Counted from the stretch's first letter, positions 53,270 through 63,999 are shown. The stretch is 64,000 nt of DNA from Ignisphaera sp. (GCA_038821645.1 JAWBDT010000001.1:81712-145711); one strand, 5' to 3'. A program made the numbers and translations. The notes: generated by a model not told the origin, from the sequence alone.

Positions 53270-53292
53270 ACAGATAGATGAAGGTGATAGTA

Positions 53293-54255
53293 ATGGTAGA
53301 TGTTAAAAGAATTGTATGTTCGTTCTGTAAAGCTGAGTATACAGTACCTACAACAATTATGTATGCTACATGTCCATACTGCGGAACTACATTTAGATTA
53401 GATAAACCTGATGCTACAGTAGAGCACTACATGTTTTCAGCATTATTAGATAAAAATAGTGCCTACAGATACTTAAAAGAGTTTGCATTGATGCAGATCG
53501 GTATAGCAGAAGATTTTGAAGTTAATGCCTCTTTTGAATCATCGCATCAGTACTTGATACCGCTGTATCTCTACGAAATTAATGTAAAGACCTTATGCAG
53601 TAAAGGAAAAGAGAGTATCGATAAAGATAAAGTGGAGATCGATATTCATGGAGGAGAAGAGACAGCCTACATAGTTACTCCAGCTACCAAGAACATACCT
53701 ATCGCTATACCTACAAATTACAGTTTTCCAGCCAGGGGACGTAGATACTTTAAACCAACGGTTCTAAAGGAAGGTACATATATTCAGCCAACACTAGATC
53801 CTAACCAGATATTTGAATACGTTAAACAACCATATCTACATAAAGCTATTGAAGAAGCTAGAATATCCTGTGGCGAAAGTTATGAGGTTAAAGATAACTC
53901 TAGGTATGTAGGTATAGCTCATTACCCGTTCTGGTTAATAAACTATAAATATAGAGATAGAAGATATAAATCAATAGTAGATGCAGCAGATGGGACTGTT
54001 CTGTATCTAGAATATCCTATGAGCTACAAGAAGAGAGTACAGGGCTTGATTGGAGGACTAGGTATATCTGGAGTAGCTATAGCTATAGCTTCTGTAATCT
54101 CGTTAATAGCTTTAGGTACGCCTATACCTGGTCTCGTTGGAGGATTAATAGTATCTCTACCAGGCTTAGGTGTAGCTCTACAGAAGTTCATGAGATCAGT
54201 AGGAGTATATAGGTATAAAGTAGGAGAAGAATTGATGTTTGCACCAGTAAGGTAA
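53293..54255 (+). CDS. Zinc-ribbon membrane protein (YdjG-like), paralogue 2
   Basis: CSFC..CPYC, IPLYL, YPFWLINYKY..Y..VDA..G, two TMs; AGGTGA SD. Confidence 0.75.
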   Translation: MVDVKRIVCSFCKAEYTVPTTIMYATCPYCGTTFRLDKPDATVEHYMFSALLDKNSAYRYLKEFALMQIGIAEDFEVNASFESSHQYLIPLYLYEINVKTLCSKGKESIDKDKVEIDIHGGEETAYIVTPATKNIPIAIPTNYSFPARGRRYFKPTVLKEGTYIQPTLDPNQIFEYVKQPYLHKAIEEARISCGESYEVKDNSRYVGIAHYPFWLINYKYRDRRYKSIVDAADGTVLYLEYPMSYKKRVQGLIGGLGISGVAIAIASVISLIALGTPIPGLVGGLIVSLPGLGVALQKFMRSVGVYRYKVGEELMFAPVR

Positions 54256-54336
54256 TATAGAGAATAGATATATTGTTTCTTAGATCTAAAATAGACATAG
54301 ATTTATTTTCTGTATAGCTTAGCGATATAACTGGCT

Positions 54337-55368
54337 ATGCCTAAACAGTTGGGTTTTGCTAATAATAGACACTATATCTATGTAGATGATCTACCACTTG
54401 TAGGACATATAGCTTTTGGTGTAATTGATAGAGGTACAAATATTCTCCAAATAAGACCTACAACACTATGTCCATACAGCTGTATATTCTGTAGCGTTGA
54501 TGCAGGCCCATTCTCTAGATACCGATTATCTGAATATATAGTCAAGGGAGATCATCTAGTTAGATGGGTTAAACATGTATATAGCGCTAAAGGAGGAGAG
54601 GTTATTGAGGGGCTTATAGATGGTGTAGGTGAACCTCCTACGCATCCAGAGATAGTAGATATAGTTAAAGAGTTGAAGAGATTTCTCTCAAGAGTTGCTA
54701 TAGAAAGTAGAGGACAAACACTAACAATAGAGCTTGTAGATAGATTAGCTGATGCAGGTCTAGATAGACTCAACATAAGCATCGATACACTAAATCCAGA
54801 AAAGGGGAGATACCTACAGGGCGTTCCATGGTATGATGTAGGATACGTCAAGAATATAGTTGAATACATAGTAAAAGAAACATCTATAGATGTACATCTA
54901 ACTCCTGTATGGATACCAGGTGTAAATGATAGAGACATTGAGAAAATAATAGAGTGGGGCTTGAAAATAGGTGTTGGTAAGAGGTTTCCACCTTTTGGTA
55001 TACAGAAATATGAAGTACATAGATACGGAAGAAGAGTACCAAAAGTTAAGGAAGTAGATTGGAATACCTTCAGGAACTTTCTAGAAAGATTAGAGAACAT
55101 ATATGGTGTACCTCTCTACTACAAAAACATGGATTTTGGTATAAAGAAAACAAAAGGTTATCCACAAAAATTCAGTAAAGGAGATATTGGAGAAGTAACT
55201 ATAGTGTCTCCTGGTTGGCTCAAAAACGAGGTAATAGCTGTTGATAAGGATTTCGATACAACAATAACCATTGTAAATATTCCGTGGACATCCAATCTAT
55301 TTGGAAAAACAATTAAGGTCAAGTTCATCGAGGTATACGATACTATATACATAGCCAGAAAAATCTAG
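54337..55368 (+). CDS. Radical SAM protein with C-terminal TRAM-like domain (COG2100-like)
   Basis: LPLVGHIAFGVIDRGTN, CPYSCIFCSVD, IDGVGEP, PGVND. Confidence 0.85.
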   Translation: MPKQLGFANNRHYIYVDDLPLVGHIAFGVIDRGTNILQIRPTTLCPYSCIFCSVDAGPFSRYRLSEYIVKGDHLVRWVKHVYSAKGGEVIEGLIDGVGEPPTHPEIVDIVKELKRFLSRVAIESRGQTLTIELVDRLADAGLDRLNISIDTLNPEKGRYLQGVPWYDVGYVKNIVEYIVKETSIDVHLTPVWIPGVNDRDIEKIIEWGLKIGVGKRFPPFGIQKYEVHRYGRRVPKVKEVDWNTFRNFLERLENIYGVPLYYKNMDFGIKKTKGYPQKFSKGDIGEVTIVSPGWLKNEVIAVDKDFDTTITIVNIPWTSNLFGKTIKVKFIEVYDTIYIARKI

Positions 55369-55618
55369 ACTCTGTCGTGCTCAAGAATAGTTGTCAAGAG
55401 TTATTATCGGGATGCAATACAGTTGAAGACCTCATTACAAGTAGTCTATGGTTTAAATTAAACTATTGTATAGCTCTATAGTGTTTTAGTTATGGACTGA
55501 CTTAGATACGTTATAAATATATCCAAGTTTGTAAATTGGACTAGGTTTTCGCGGAGATATATTTAATATTATGATATAGAATTTGATAAGTTCTAGAAGA
55601 AATAGTAGCTAAATTGTA

Positions 55619-56290
55619 ATGGTTTGTATATGAAAAAGTAGAGTAGTGCTAAAGAACATTATCCACTATCATGTTGTGAAAAATCATAGCAATTGTGGAT
55701 CTCTACAAGTGTTAGTAGGATAACTATAGTCAATTCTTCTCTTAATTTACTAATCTGTCCAATGGAGAATCACCATAGGTGGTGTAGATACTATGAATAA
55801 TATAAAGAAGATAGGAAGAGAATAGGTTATATACCTCAAGAAACATATCTTTTTCCAGGAAACGTGTATAGGTAGTATAAGGATTGAAAAGCCTGAGCTA
55901 GTGATAAAGAAATCATAGAGGTTTGTAAGAAGCTTGATATACATGAATTTATTGAGAAGCTAGCTAATAGTTATAGATGTAGATGAATTTGATAAACTTT
56001 CTCTAGAAGAGAAACGACTTATGGCTATAGCGAGAGCTATGCTTAGAGATCCAGATATAGTGATACTTGTGTAGATCTATATATGGATGATCTAATTAGG
56101 AATGCTGTAAAGAATCTTATTGTCGGTAGAGTAAGGGTTATAATAGTACATAGACTTGCAACAGCAAGAGATACAGGATTATAGTTATAGAGGAAGGAGC
56201 AGTTGAAGAAAGTGAAAGATTTGATGAACTTCTAAAGAGGAGAGGAAAATACTATATACTCTATATTTCTCAAATATGTAAATCTATATA
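55619..56290 (+). pseudogene. Decayed ABC exporter (MsbA/MdlB-type) ATPase domain
   Basis: Frameshifted fragments RVVLKNI, KIIAIV, LSLEEKRLMAIARAMLRDPDIVILV*, IIVHRLATA, FDELLKRRGKYY. Confidence 0.75.
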
Positions 56291-56427
56291 TGGAAAATTG
56301 ATACAAGAAGGATATATTGATTACATTAGATAATGTATTCCAGTTATTATTGAATGATGGATCTATAGAGTGCAACTTTCATGATAAATTCATAAACAGA
56401 AACAGAATTACTGTAGCTAGGTTTATA

Positions 56428-56496
56428 TGAAACTGTTACAAAATTAATGAATTTTTCGGTTCGTAAGTCTTTTATATCTCTAATTAAACGGTTTCA
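56428..56496. promoter_or_regulatory. Two 13-bp imperfect palindromes (TGAAACTGTTACA, TTAAACGGTTTCA) flanking a TATA-like TTTATA upstream of bioY; putative operator
   Basis: Sites at 56428-56440 and 56484-56496; TTTATA at 56471. Confidence 0.5.
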
Positions 56497-56511
56497 CTAG
56501 GGATTAGTGAT

Positions 56512-57186
56512 ATGATGGTTGGTTATTCCAAGTCTGTATATACTGTTAAATTAATGTATTTGGTGTTTAGCATATGCTTATCTGTTTTAACGGGTATTCT
56601 TGCACAAGCAGTTTTTTATGTAGGTCCCATTCCATATACTATGCAGAATATCGGGATAATTCTATCAGGTTTATTGTTACCACCTAGATACGCCTTGTTT
56701 TCACAACTGTTCTATCTATTACTTATAGCTTTAGGATTGCCTCTAGGAGCAGGATTTAGAGGAGGTCTACATATAATTTTAGGATATACTGGTGGATATC
56801 TAGTAGGGTTCCCTATATCAGCGACATTAATGAGTATTCTATGCAGAAGATATTTAGCGAAGAAGAGGTTAGATTTAGGTGGAATCGGTTTAAGGGAATA
56901 TATCGTTATATTGTTGTTTTCTGCTATAGCTATAGTTCCTACATATGTTCTAGGATTTCTAGTATTTACACACTATGCTTTACGGAACGAAAGGTTATTG
57001 ATGTGGGCTATAGGTGTTGCACAAGGGGTCGACCTCTTTAGTAATAGTAATGTTCTAGCTATCCTCTTGGTAGCTAGTATAGCTGTATTTGTTCCACAGG
57101 ACATATTTATAGATCATGTGATAGCTATAGGTGTGGCTAAGATGTTGATTCAATTTCTAAAGAATAGAGGTATAGAGATTGAGTAG
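56512..57186 (+). CDS. bioY: Biotin ECF transporter S component
   Basis: PIPYTMQ, Y.L...GLP, TGGYLVGF. Confidence 0.9.
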   Translation: MMVGYSKSVYTVKLMYLVFSICLSVLTGILAQAVFYVGPIPYTMQNIGIILSGLLLPPRYALFSQLFYLLLIALGLPLGAGFRGGLHIILGYTGGYLVGFPISATLMSILCRRYLAKKRLDLGGIGLREYIVILLFSAIAIVPTYVLGFLVFTHYALRNERLLMWAIGVAQGVDLFSNSNVLAILLVASIAVFVPQDIFIDHVIAIGVAKMLIQFLKNRGIEIE

Positions 57187-58453
57187 AGTTGTGGCTATAG
57201 ATAATCTCTCTGTTGAGATCAGAGGGAGAGAAATACTTAGGGGGATTTCTCTAGAGATCAATGAAGGTGAATTAGTATGTGTTGCTGGTTCTATAGGTTC
57301 AGGTAAGTCTACATTTCTAAAGGTGTTGACGGGAATTATACCAGAGCTTTATAAAGGATTCAGAGTTTATGGTAATATATCTATCTTTGGTTTAAAACCT
57401 GTAGAGGTGTTGCACAAAGGTCTAGTAGCTTATGTTCCTCAAGATGTATATAGTTTCTTTATAGGTTCTACCCCTAGAGAAGAGCTAGCTATACTAGGAA
57501 TAGATAGTTCTTGCTGTAGTGATATAGATCTCGATAAAGATATAGATCATCTATCTGATGGTCAACTCTACAGATTTCTCTTATATTCAGCTCTATTTAG
57601 TGGTGCCAAGTTTATAGCAATCGATGAACCTTCATCACATATAGATTGGTGGAGTATAGAAGAAGTATTCAGAGGTATAGAGAGATTTGTAAATGATGAA
57701 AAGACTATAGTAGTTGTTGCTGATCATAAGCTCGATACTCTGAAGAAATTCTGTAGCAAGATCATAGATCTAGATGATTCGAGAAGATCTTATTGTAGTT
57801 TTCCTTCGATAACCACTCTTCAGAGATCTAAGGTTATTGTAGAGATAGAGAATATATGGGTATCGTATAATGGAAAATCTATACTTAGAGACATATCTCT
57901 ATCTATTAATCTAGGTGAAGCTATAGCTATCGTTGGAAGAAATGGTTCTGGGAAAACAACTCTTCTAAAGGTGTTGTCAAAGATAATCAAACCGAGTAGA
58001 GGTAGAGTAAGCATCGATAGAGATACAAGAATATTTCTAGTTCCTCAGAACCCTATCTACTGGTTTCCTAACGGATCTGTAAAAAATGTTCTAGAATCTC
58101 TAGCTAAGAGGTACAGATCTAGAGAATCTATCAATAACGTTCTAGAGATGTTTAATCTAATCGATAAACAGGATAGAGATGTATATTCCCTTAGTATTGG
58201 TGAAACAAGAATGCTTTCACTTGCATTAGCCTATATATCTAAAGCTAACTTGATTATCATAGATGAACCTACTTTGGGAATGGACTGTAGATCCATGAAA
58301 ACATTTATGAATACTATCAATATTCTTTTAGAGAATGGTTCCTCAATCGTTATAGCAACTCATGACCTCGATTTTGCAAGACTATTTGATTCTGTGTATC
58401 TACTAGAAGAAGGAAGGCTCATAGATATTGAGTCACATGATAAAGACGGTTGA
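57179..58453 (+). CDS. ECF transporter ATPase with two fused ABC domains
   Basis: GSIGSGKST/LSDGQ/IDEP and GRNGSGKTT/LSIGE/IDEPT. Confidence 0.88.
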   Translation: MSRVVAIDNLSVEIRGREILRGISLEINEGELVCVAGSIGSGKSTFLKVLTGIIPELYKGFRVYGNISIFGLKPVEVLHKGLVAYVPQDVYSFFIGSTPREELAILGIDSSCCSDIDLDKDIDHLSDGQLYRFLLYSALFSGAKFIAIDEPSSHIDWWSIEEVFRGIERFVNDEKTIVVVADHKLDTLKKFCSKIIDLDDSRRSYCSFPSITTLQRSKVIVEIENIWVSYNGKSILRDISLSINLGEAIAIVGRNGSGKTTLLKVLSKIIKPSRGRVSIDRDTRIFLVPQNPIYWFPNGSVKNVLESLAKRYRSRESINNVLEMFNLIDKQDRDVYSLSIGETRMLSLALAYISKANLIIIDEPTLGMDCRSMKTFMNTINILLENGSSIVIATHDLDFARLFDSVYLLEEGRLIDIESHDKDG

Positions 58454-58459
58454 TATAGT

Positions 58460-59053
58460 TTGTTCAATTTGTTTAAAAATCCAGGTATAGTTCTTCTAAC
58501 TACAATATCTATATCTATAGCGGTTATGTTTATAGATGATCTCTATATAGCTTTAATGATTTTCTTAATCGCGTTATCAACATCTCTGATACTTGATATG
58601 AGGATAGCTATAGCTTTAGCTAGATACATCATACCTATGATCACAATCTATACAGCTATAGCATGGATTATCCAATTTATTGTTACTGGTGAAATAGATT
58701 TGTTGATAGGTTTCATAAATCTTTTGAGATTTAGCACTATAGCTACTATATCTCTAGCTATGTTGAATTCAATAGATATACCAAATCTAATAATATTTTT
58801 CAACAGATTATCGCCTAGATTAGGTATAGCTCTAGCTCTATCGATAAAAATGATGAAGAGTTTCTCAAAGACATGGATAGATATACATACTGTCTACAAA
58901 ACTAATTTCAATGTCGATAGCTATATAGATAAAATTAAGCTCTACATTATCTCTGTAAAAGTATTCGTATTTATCGTTATGTATGTAGCTCTTCAGAGCA
59001 TTGAAGCTCTATTGACTAGATGCAGAATTTTTAAAGCTACTCGATCTACATAA
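58460..59053 (+). CDS. ECF transporter transmembrane (T) component, divergent
   Basis: Multi-TM protein after the ECF ATPase; C-terminal EALLTR resembles the conserved Arg motif. Confidence 0.65.
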   Translation: MFNLFKNPGIVLLTTISISIAVMFIDDLYIALMIFLIALSTSLILDMRIAIALARYIIPMITIYTAIAWIIQFIVTGEIDLLIGFINLLRFSTIATISLAMLNSIDIPNLIIFFNRLSPRLGIALALSIKMMKSFSKTWIDIHTVYKTNFNVDSYIDKIKLYIISVKVFVFIVMYVALQSIEALLTRCRIFKATRST

Positions 59054-59080
59054 TGTAGAGTATTCCTCTTAGGTGTATAT

Positions 59081-60052
59081 ATGGATATAGAAGCAGAGGT
59101 GCTCAAGATCTTAGTGATGAACAAGGACTATGTTTCTGGAACTAAGCTAGCACAAGCTCTAGGTGTATCAAGAGCCACAATCAATAGAACTATAAAGAAG
59201 TTGATATCAAGAGGCTTCATAATCGATATGCATCCAAAACTAGGTTATAGACTTATAGATTTAGATAATCTATCTCAAATCAATAGATATGTAGATTACC
59301 TAGAGACACAAATGAAGTTCTACATACACTATGTAGAGATATGTGATTCTACACAAGATATAGCCTCTGCATTTGCAAAAGAAGGTGCACCAGAAGGAAC
59401 AGTTGTTGTAGCCGAAGAACTGAGGCGTGGTAGAGGTAGAATGGGTAGACAGTGGATAGCGTCTAGAGGAGGTCTATGGTTCTCCATAGTTCTTAGACCT
59501 AAAACAATTAAACATATGCATCTACTTAGTCTAGCTATAGCCACAGCTGTTGCAGAATCCATAAGCAATGTTCTAGGGATAGAGGCTAGAGTTAAATGGC
59601 CTAACGATGTTCTTGTTAACGAAAAAAAGGTGGCTGGAATACTAATCGAGGGTAGTGTTGAAGCCGATATTATTCACTTCATAATTGTGGGTATAGGGGT
59701 AAATGTGAATAACAATCTCCCACAAGAGCTACTCGATATAGCAATATCGCTAAAAGATGTTATGAGAACCGAGATTCCAAGAATACCTTTGTTTCTCAAC
59801 ATACTCAAGAGTATAGACAGTATCTACAATCTGTTTAACCAGAACCGTAGTTCAGAAGCTGTAAAGAGATGGAGACAATATTCATCAACATTAAATAAGT
59901 ATGTAAGGGTCATTACAATAGATGGAGAGTTTGAAGGAGTAGCAGAAGATATAGAAGATGATGGTGCTTTGAGGATCAGAACAACAAAAGGTAATAGAGT
60001 TAAAGTTTATGCAGGTGATGTAATTCATCTACGTGAACAGAAACAGTTATAG
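59081..60052 (+). CDS. birA: Bifunctional biotin ligase/repressor (group II BirA)
   Basis: N-terminal HTH (VSGTKLAQALGVSRATI), STQD, GRGRMGRQW, KWPND, KVAGIL. Confidence 0.93.
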   Translation: MDIEAEVLKILVMNKDYVSGTKLAQALGVSRATINRTIKKLISRGFIIDMHPKLGYRLIDLDNLSQINRYVDYLETQMKFYIHYVEICDSTQDIASAFAKEGAPEGTVVVAEELRRGRGRMGRQWIASRGGLWFSIVLRPKTIKHMHLLSLAIATAVAESISNVLGIEARVKWPNDVLVNEKKVAGILIEGSVEADIIHFIIVGIGVNVNNNLPQELLDIAISLKDVMRTEIPRIPLFLNILKSIDSIYNLFNQNRSSEAVKRWRQYSSTLNKYVRVITIDGEFEGVAEDIEDDGALRIRTTKGNRVKVYAGDVIHLREQKQL

Positions 60053-60098
60053 AAGAAAATGAAGGATTTTTATCTAGAGCGTTACATAGATTTCCTGG

Positions 60099-60500
60099 GT
60101 GATATTTATTACGGTATTTAGGATCAAGATATGTACAAATACCACAGGTTGTATAGAAGCTGAACTCTTTGATAGCTATAGTCCTAAAACATTTAAGAAA
60201 ATAGTTGCAGCTTTACCCATAGAGTCTACAGCCTATAGATGGGGCGATGAAGTATATTTCTCAACACCTGTTGAAGCTGAAGAGGAGAACGCTAGAGAAG
60301 TTGTAGAGAAAGGAACAATTGCCTACTGGCCTCCAGGAAAAGCTTTATGCATCTTTTGGGGACCTACACCAGCAAGTAGAACAAGAGATGAGATAAGACC
60401 TGCAAGTCCTGTAAATATTGTTGGTAGAGTGTTAAATGATCCTTCAGTATTCTCGAAAGTCAGAAGTGGTAGTAAGATAAGGATTGAAAAATCAGAATAG
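60099..60500 (+). CDS. Cyclophilin-like fold protein (DUF369/TM1367-like)
   Basis: RWGDEVYF, IAYWPPGKALCIFWG.TP, PASPVNIVG. Confidence 0.85.
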   Translation: MIFITVFRIKICTNTTGCIEAELFDSYSPKTFKKIVAALPIESTAYRWGDEVYFSTPVEAEEENAREVVEKGTIAYWPPGKALCIFWGPTPASRTRDEIRPASPVNIVGRVLNDPSVFSKVRSGSKIRIEKSE

Positions 60501-60662
60501 GATAGATAGTTTAAAAGACTATTAACTCCATAAAGATGAGGTTCTCAACTTCAATCAATCTGTAGCCAAAAACGTACAACTCTATACATATTGCATATTA
60601 TATACTGGTTCTTCTTTTAGTCGCTGTTATCATTTAGATTAAAATATCTATTTGTATCAGAT

Positions 60663-61202
60663 ATGCTGAAAGGGTTGAGGTTTATGGATGTATGTAGTCT
60701 AATACGTAAGAATCTCTACTGTTGCTATAGATTAGAGTTGTTGGTATCCGATCTTCTATCACTATATGCTGAAAAACTAGATGATTCAGAGCCTCAAATG
60801 CGTAAAGCTAGGATCATACTTAAAGCTGTAGCTATTGAGAGTACCAAACATGCAGCATTCATAGAACTCTTAACCAGATTCTTTAGAATTCATGAAGAGA
60901 GTATTGAATGTAGAGAAGTTGTTGGTGAGCCTTGGATAGTTATACAGAAACTCCTCAATGATATTGTAAATGGTATGCATATAGATTTGAAAGAATTTGT
61001 AGATAAGCAGAGATGGATTGAAGAAACTGTTGGTGAAGAAAGTTACCATAAATTACTCATACCTCTTCTAAGTGAAGCTATAAAAGAGGGTTGTGTAGAT
61101 GAGTATAGCGCTAGTGCTATTGAGTCTATACTCAATAAAATTGTTGTAGATGAAGAATGGCACGAAAAAGTAATCAACACTATAATTAGTAAAACTATAT
61201 AG
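60663..61202 (+). CDS. Ferritin-like four-helix protein (putative di-iron)
   Basis: Duplicated E..ExxxH-type ligand pattern: LE..IESTKH and GEE..DEEWH. Confidence 0.6.
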   Translation: MLKGLRFMDVCSLIRKNLYCCYRLELLVSDLLSLYAEKLDDSEPQMRKARIILKAVAIESTKHAAFIELLTRFFRIHEESIECREVVGEPWIVIQKLLNDIVNGMHIDLKEFVDKQRWIEETVGEESYHKLLIPLLSEAIKEGCVDEYSASAIESILNKIVVDEEWHEKVINTIISKTI

Positions 61203-61270
61203 ACTTGGTCTAGATCTACAGTAACTATATCTATGCTATAATTAAGATAATGATTCATAGCTGAATCAAT

Positions 61271-61984
61271 ATGATGAACTATATTGTCACTGGTGCATCT
61301 TCTGGTATAGGATTTGAATTATCTAGATCACTCTGCCACGAGTATGGTAAGGAGGCTAGAGTTATTGGTGTGGGTAGGAGTAAGGAAAGATTAGAGAAAT
61401 TAGAGAAAGAATTTACTGAATGCTTTAAGTACATAGTAGCAGATCTCTCTTCTCCACAAGGTATAGATAGTGTTGTCGAGGAAGTTAGAAATCGTCTAGA
61501 TAGAGTAGATGTGTTAATCAATAATGCTGGTTTCGGTCTATATAAACACATCATAGATCATAGCGATGAAGAGCTAATAACTATGACTTTAACAAATTTT
61601 ATTGCACCACTAATTCTTACTAAAAAATTATTGAACCTAATGCATGAAGGATCTATAGTAGTCATGGTCATTACTGCAGGTATCCATGTGCTTATGAAAA
61701 ATCTTCCCATATATGGAGCTACAAAGATAGCTCTACATTATGCAACTGAAGCACTTAGATATGAATTAGAGAGATATGGAATACATCTTTTAGCTGTATA
61801 TCCAGGTGTTGTAAAGTCGGAGTTCCATAGTAGAGCAGGTAGAGACATCAAAAAAGGTATAGAGGTAATCAATGTAGCGAAAGCTGTAGTTAAGGCCATC
61901 AAGAAAAAGAAGAAAAGATTATATATACCTAACTATCTTTCTATAGCAAGAATCTTTGGACCTTATCTTCCAGCACTATACTAG
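61271..61984 (+). CDS. Short-chain dehydrogenase/reductase
   Basis: TGASSGIG, INNAG, YGATK, YPG. Confidence 0.92.
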   Translation: MMNYIVTGASSGIGFELSRSLCHEYGKEARVIGVGRSKERLEKLEKEFTECFKYIVADLSSPQGIDSVVEEVRNRLDRVDVLINNAGFGLYKHIIDHSDEELITMTLTNFIAPLILTKKLLNLMHEGSIVVMVITAGIHVLMKNLPIYGATKIALHYATEALRYELERYGIHLLAVYPGVVKSEFHSRAGRDIKKGIEVINVAKAVVKAIKKKKKRLYIPNYLSIARIFGPYLPALY

Positions 61985-62514
61985 TCTAGCCATCAAACTA
62001 TTGACAGAGGTAAGATCTACATGATCTAATGAGTTTTCATCCCTCAATAACAGTTTTTGTATGTATGTTGAGTTTTGATAATATATACAAATGATTGAAT
62101 AGATATGAGTAACTCTATAGCCTTACCATGGTCCTAAGATACCATAAGAATTACCTCAAGTGTTTAAGTTTATAAACAATATGTCTCAGTATATTGTTCA
62201 TGAATACCATTATTATCATAGAGGTGAAGAAAATAACCTATGCTTCGTTCTATACCATACCTTATAGCTACAATTGATGATTATGATAAAGCTTTAATGT
62301 AGTGTATATATCTCTAGTTAAGCAAGGAGTTGTAGTGGATATAGATACTGTTATTGATATTGATAGAGATAGAATTTTCATGAAAAGAACTATAGAAAAG
62401 GTTTTTAAATTTAAAAGATGTGGAGCAAAATAAAGCATAGATTGAATTTTAATAGAAATAGATAATCATTAGATAAAATGGTTATATGGTTAGCTCTACA
62501 CCATTTACAGATAT

Positions 62515-63363
62515 TTATTCCCATCTATAGACAGATATAGGACCTTGAGGTTCCTTTAACCATTCCTGCCATCCACCATCATATATCTTCACATTAGTAT
62601 AGCTGAGGATCTGAGTCAATACATACCATAGAACAGATGAATATCCACCAACACCACAATATACTATTATCTCTCTATCTTTATCGGTGCCTATAACACC
62701 TTGAACCATTTTCTCAATAACATCTATAGGTCTATACATTCCTTCTGGAGTCCATATCCATGGTGTAGGGAGATTTTTTGCTGTTGGTATGTGTCCAGGT
62801 ATTGGTCCCCAAGGCTCTGTAACTATGCCGAAATATACTTCAGGATCTCTAACATCAACTATAATTGATTTTCCAATCCTCTCAAGAACGTAGCGTTTTG
62901 ATACAAAGATATGATCTCTAACTTCACCTACATACTGTCTAGAGATGGGTTGTATAGTTTCTGTTGATATTCTTCTTCCTTCTTTAACCCATTTGTTGTA
63001 TCCCCCATCAAGAATAGCCACATTATCTATACCTACATATATAAGTTCTACAGCAACTCTTGCAGTATCAGCTCTATTAAATGTTGTATCAACTTTATTC
63101 ACAATAACAACAACAGATTCTCTACTTATTCCAACATCACCTATTGTCTGGAAAAGCTCTTCTGGAGGTGGAATTTCTAGAAGAAGATCATCTCTAACTA
63201 CAGTCCAGGCAGATTTCAATGGATCAAAAGGTAGGTTTATAGACCTAGGTATATGTCCTTCTCTATATTCATTTCTAGATCTTATATCTATTATCACTAG
63301 ATTAGGAGAATCAAGATGATCCTCAAGCCAATCTGTCGTAACTATAGGAGGTATCTTTCTCAT
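62515..63363 (-). CDS. Tandem-rhodanese sulfurtransferase (SseA-like)
   Basis: GHIP twice, LDGG, active loop YCGVGG, YDGGWQEW. Confidence 0.92.
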   Translation of the reverse strand: MRKIPPIVTTDWLEDHLDSPNLVIIDIRSRNEYREGHIPRSINLPFDPLKSAWTVVRDDLLLEIPPPEELFQTIGDVGISRESVVVIVNKVDTTFNRADTARVAVELIYVGIDNVAILDGGYNKWVKEGRRISTETIQPISRQYVGEVRDHIFVSKRYVLERIGKSIIVDVRDPEVYFGIVTEPWGPIPGHIPTAKNLPTPWIWTPEGMYRPIDVIEKMVQGVIGTDKDREIIVYCGVGGYSSVLWYVLTQILSYTNVKIYDGGWQEWLKEPQGPISVYRWE

Positions 63364-63693
63364 ATATTACATCCCAAACTCTATAGCTATTGTTTTGTAT
63401 ATATGTATTGATGGATTAGTATAGATGAGGCAATTCTGATACGATATTGTATTAATTAACATCAATGACTTTTCTATTATTCTGCATAACATCTTTAAGA
63501 ACGTAGAGATACTTAAATCACATATTAAGTTTTTCATATAATGAACATTTCTAGATCATTTCTAGAAAAACTACATATAATTAACTCATCGTTAGTAATT
63601 AGTTTAGAAAGAAAACACATACAATAACAATAAATGAAGAATCTAAAAGAAGTTGTGTGAAACTAAAGTAATAAAGATAGACTTTATTAAGGG

Positions 63694-63999
63694 TTAACGA
63701 TATATTACGACCTCTTCGAGAGGAATCTTAAGTGTTGTACCTTTTAAACCCCATTCACCAGAGATTACAATAATGTTTAAATAATCTTCTAGAGATATTT
63801 CGATGTGTTTCTTTTCTTTAGCGTTTAACTCTATAGAGAAGCTATACAGCGATTTATTATCTCTAGTTCCAATATACAGAGACAGCACTAAATCGTATTC
63901 ACATGTATTCAAGATCTCTACATATAGCTTGTTTTTATCATTAGGTTTTAATCTTGAATTCAATTCTATACATTTTGGTATTTCAATACATGCGCTCAA
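63694..63999 (-). CDS. Hypothetical beta-rich protein at window edge (start may be TTG 63999 or lie beyond the window)
   Basis: Open frame to the window edge. Confidence 0.45.
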   Translation of the reverse strand: MSACIEIPKCIELNSRLKPNDKNKLYVEILNTCEYDLVLSLYIGTRDNKSLYSFSIELNAKEKKHIEISLEDYLNIIVISGEWGLKGTTLKIPLEEVVIYR

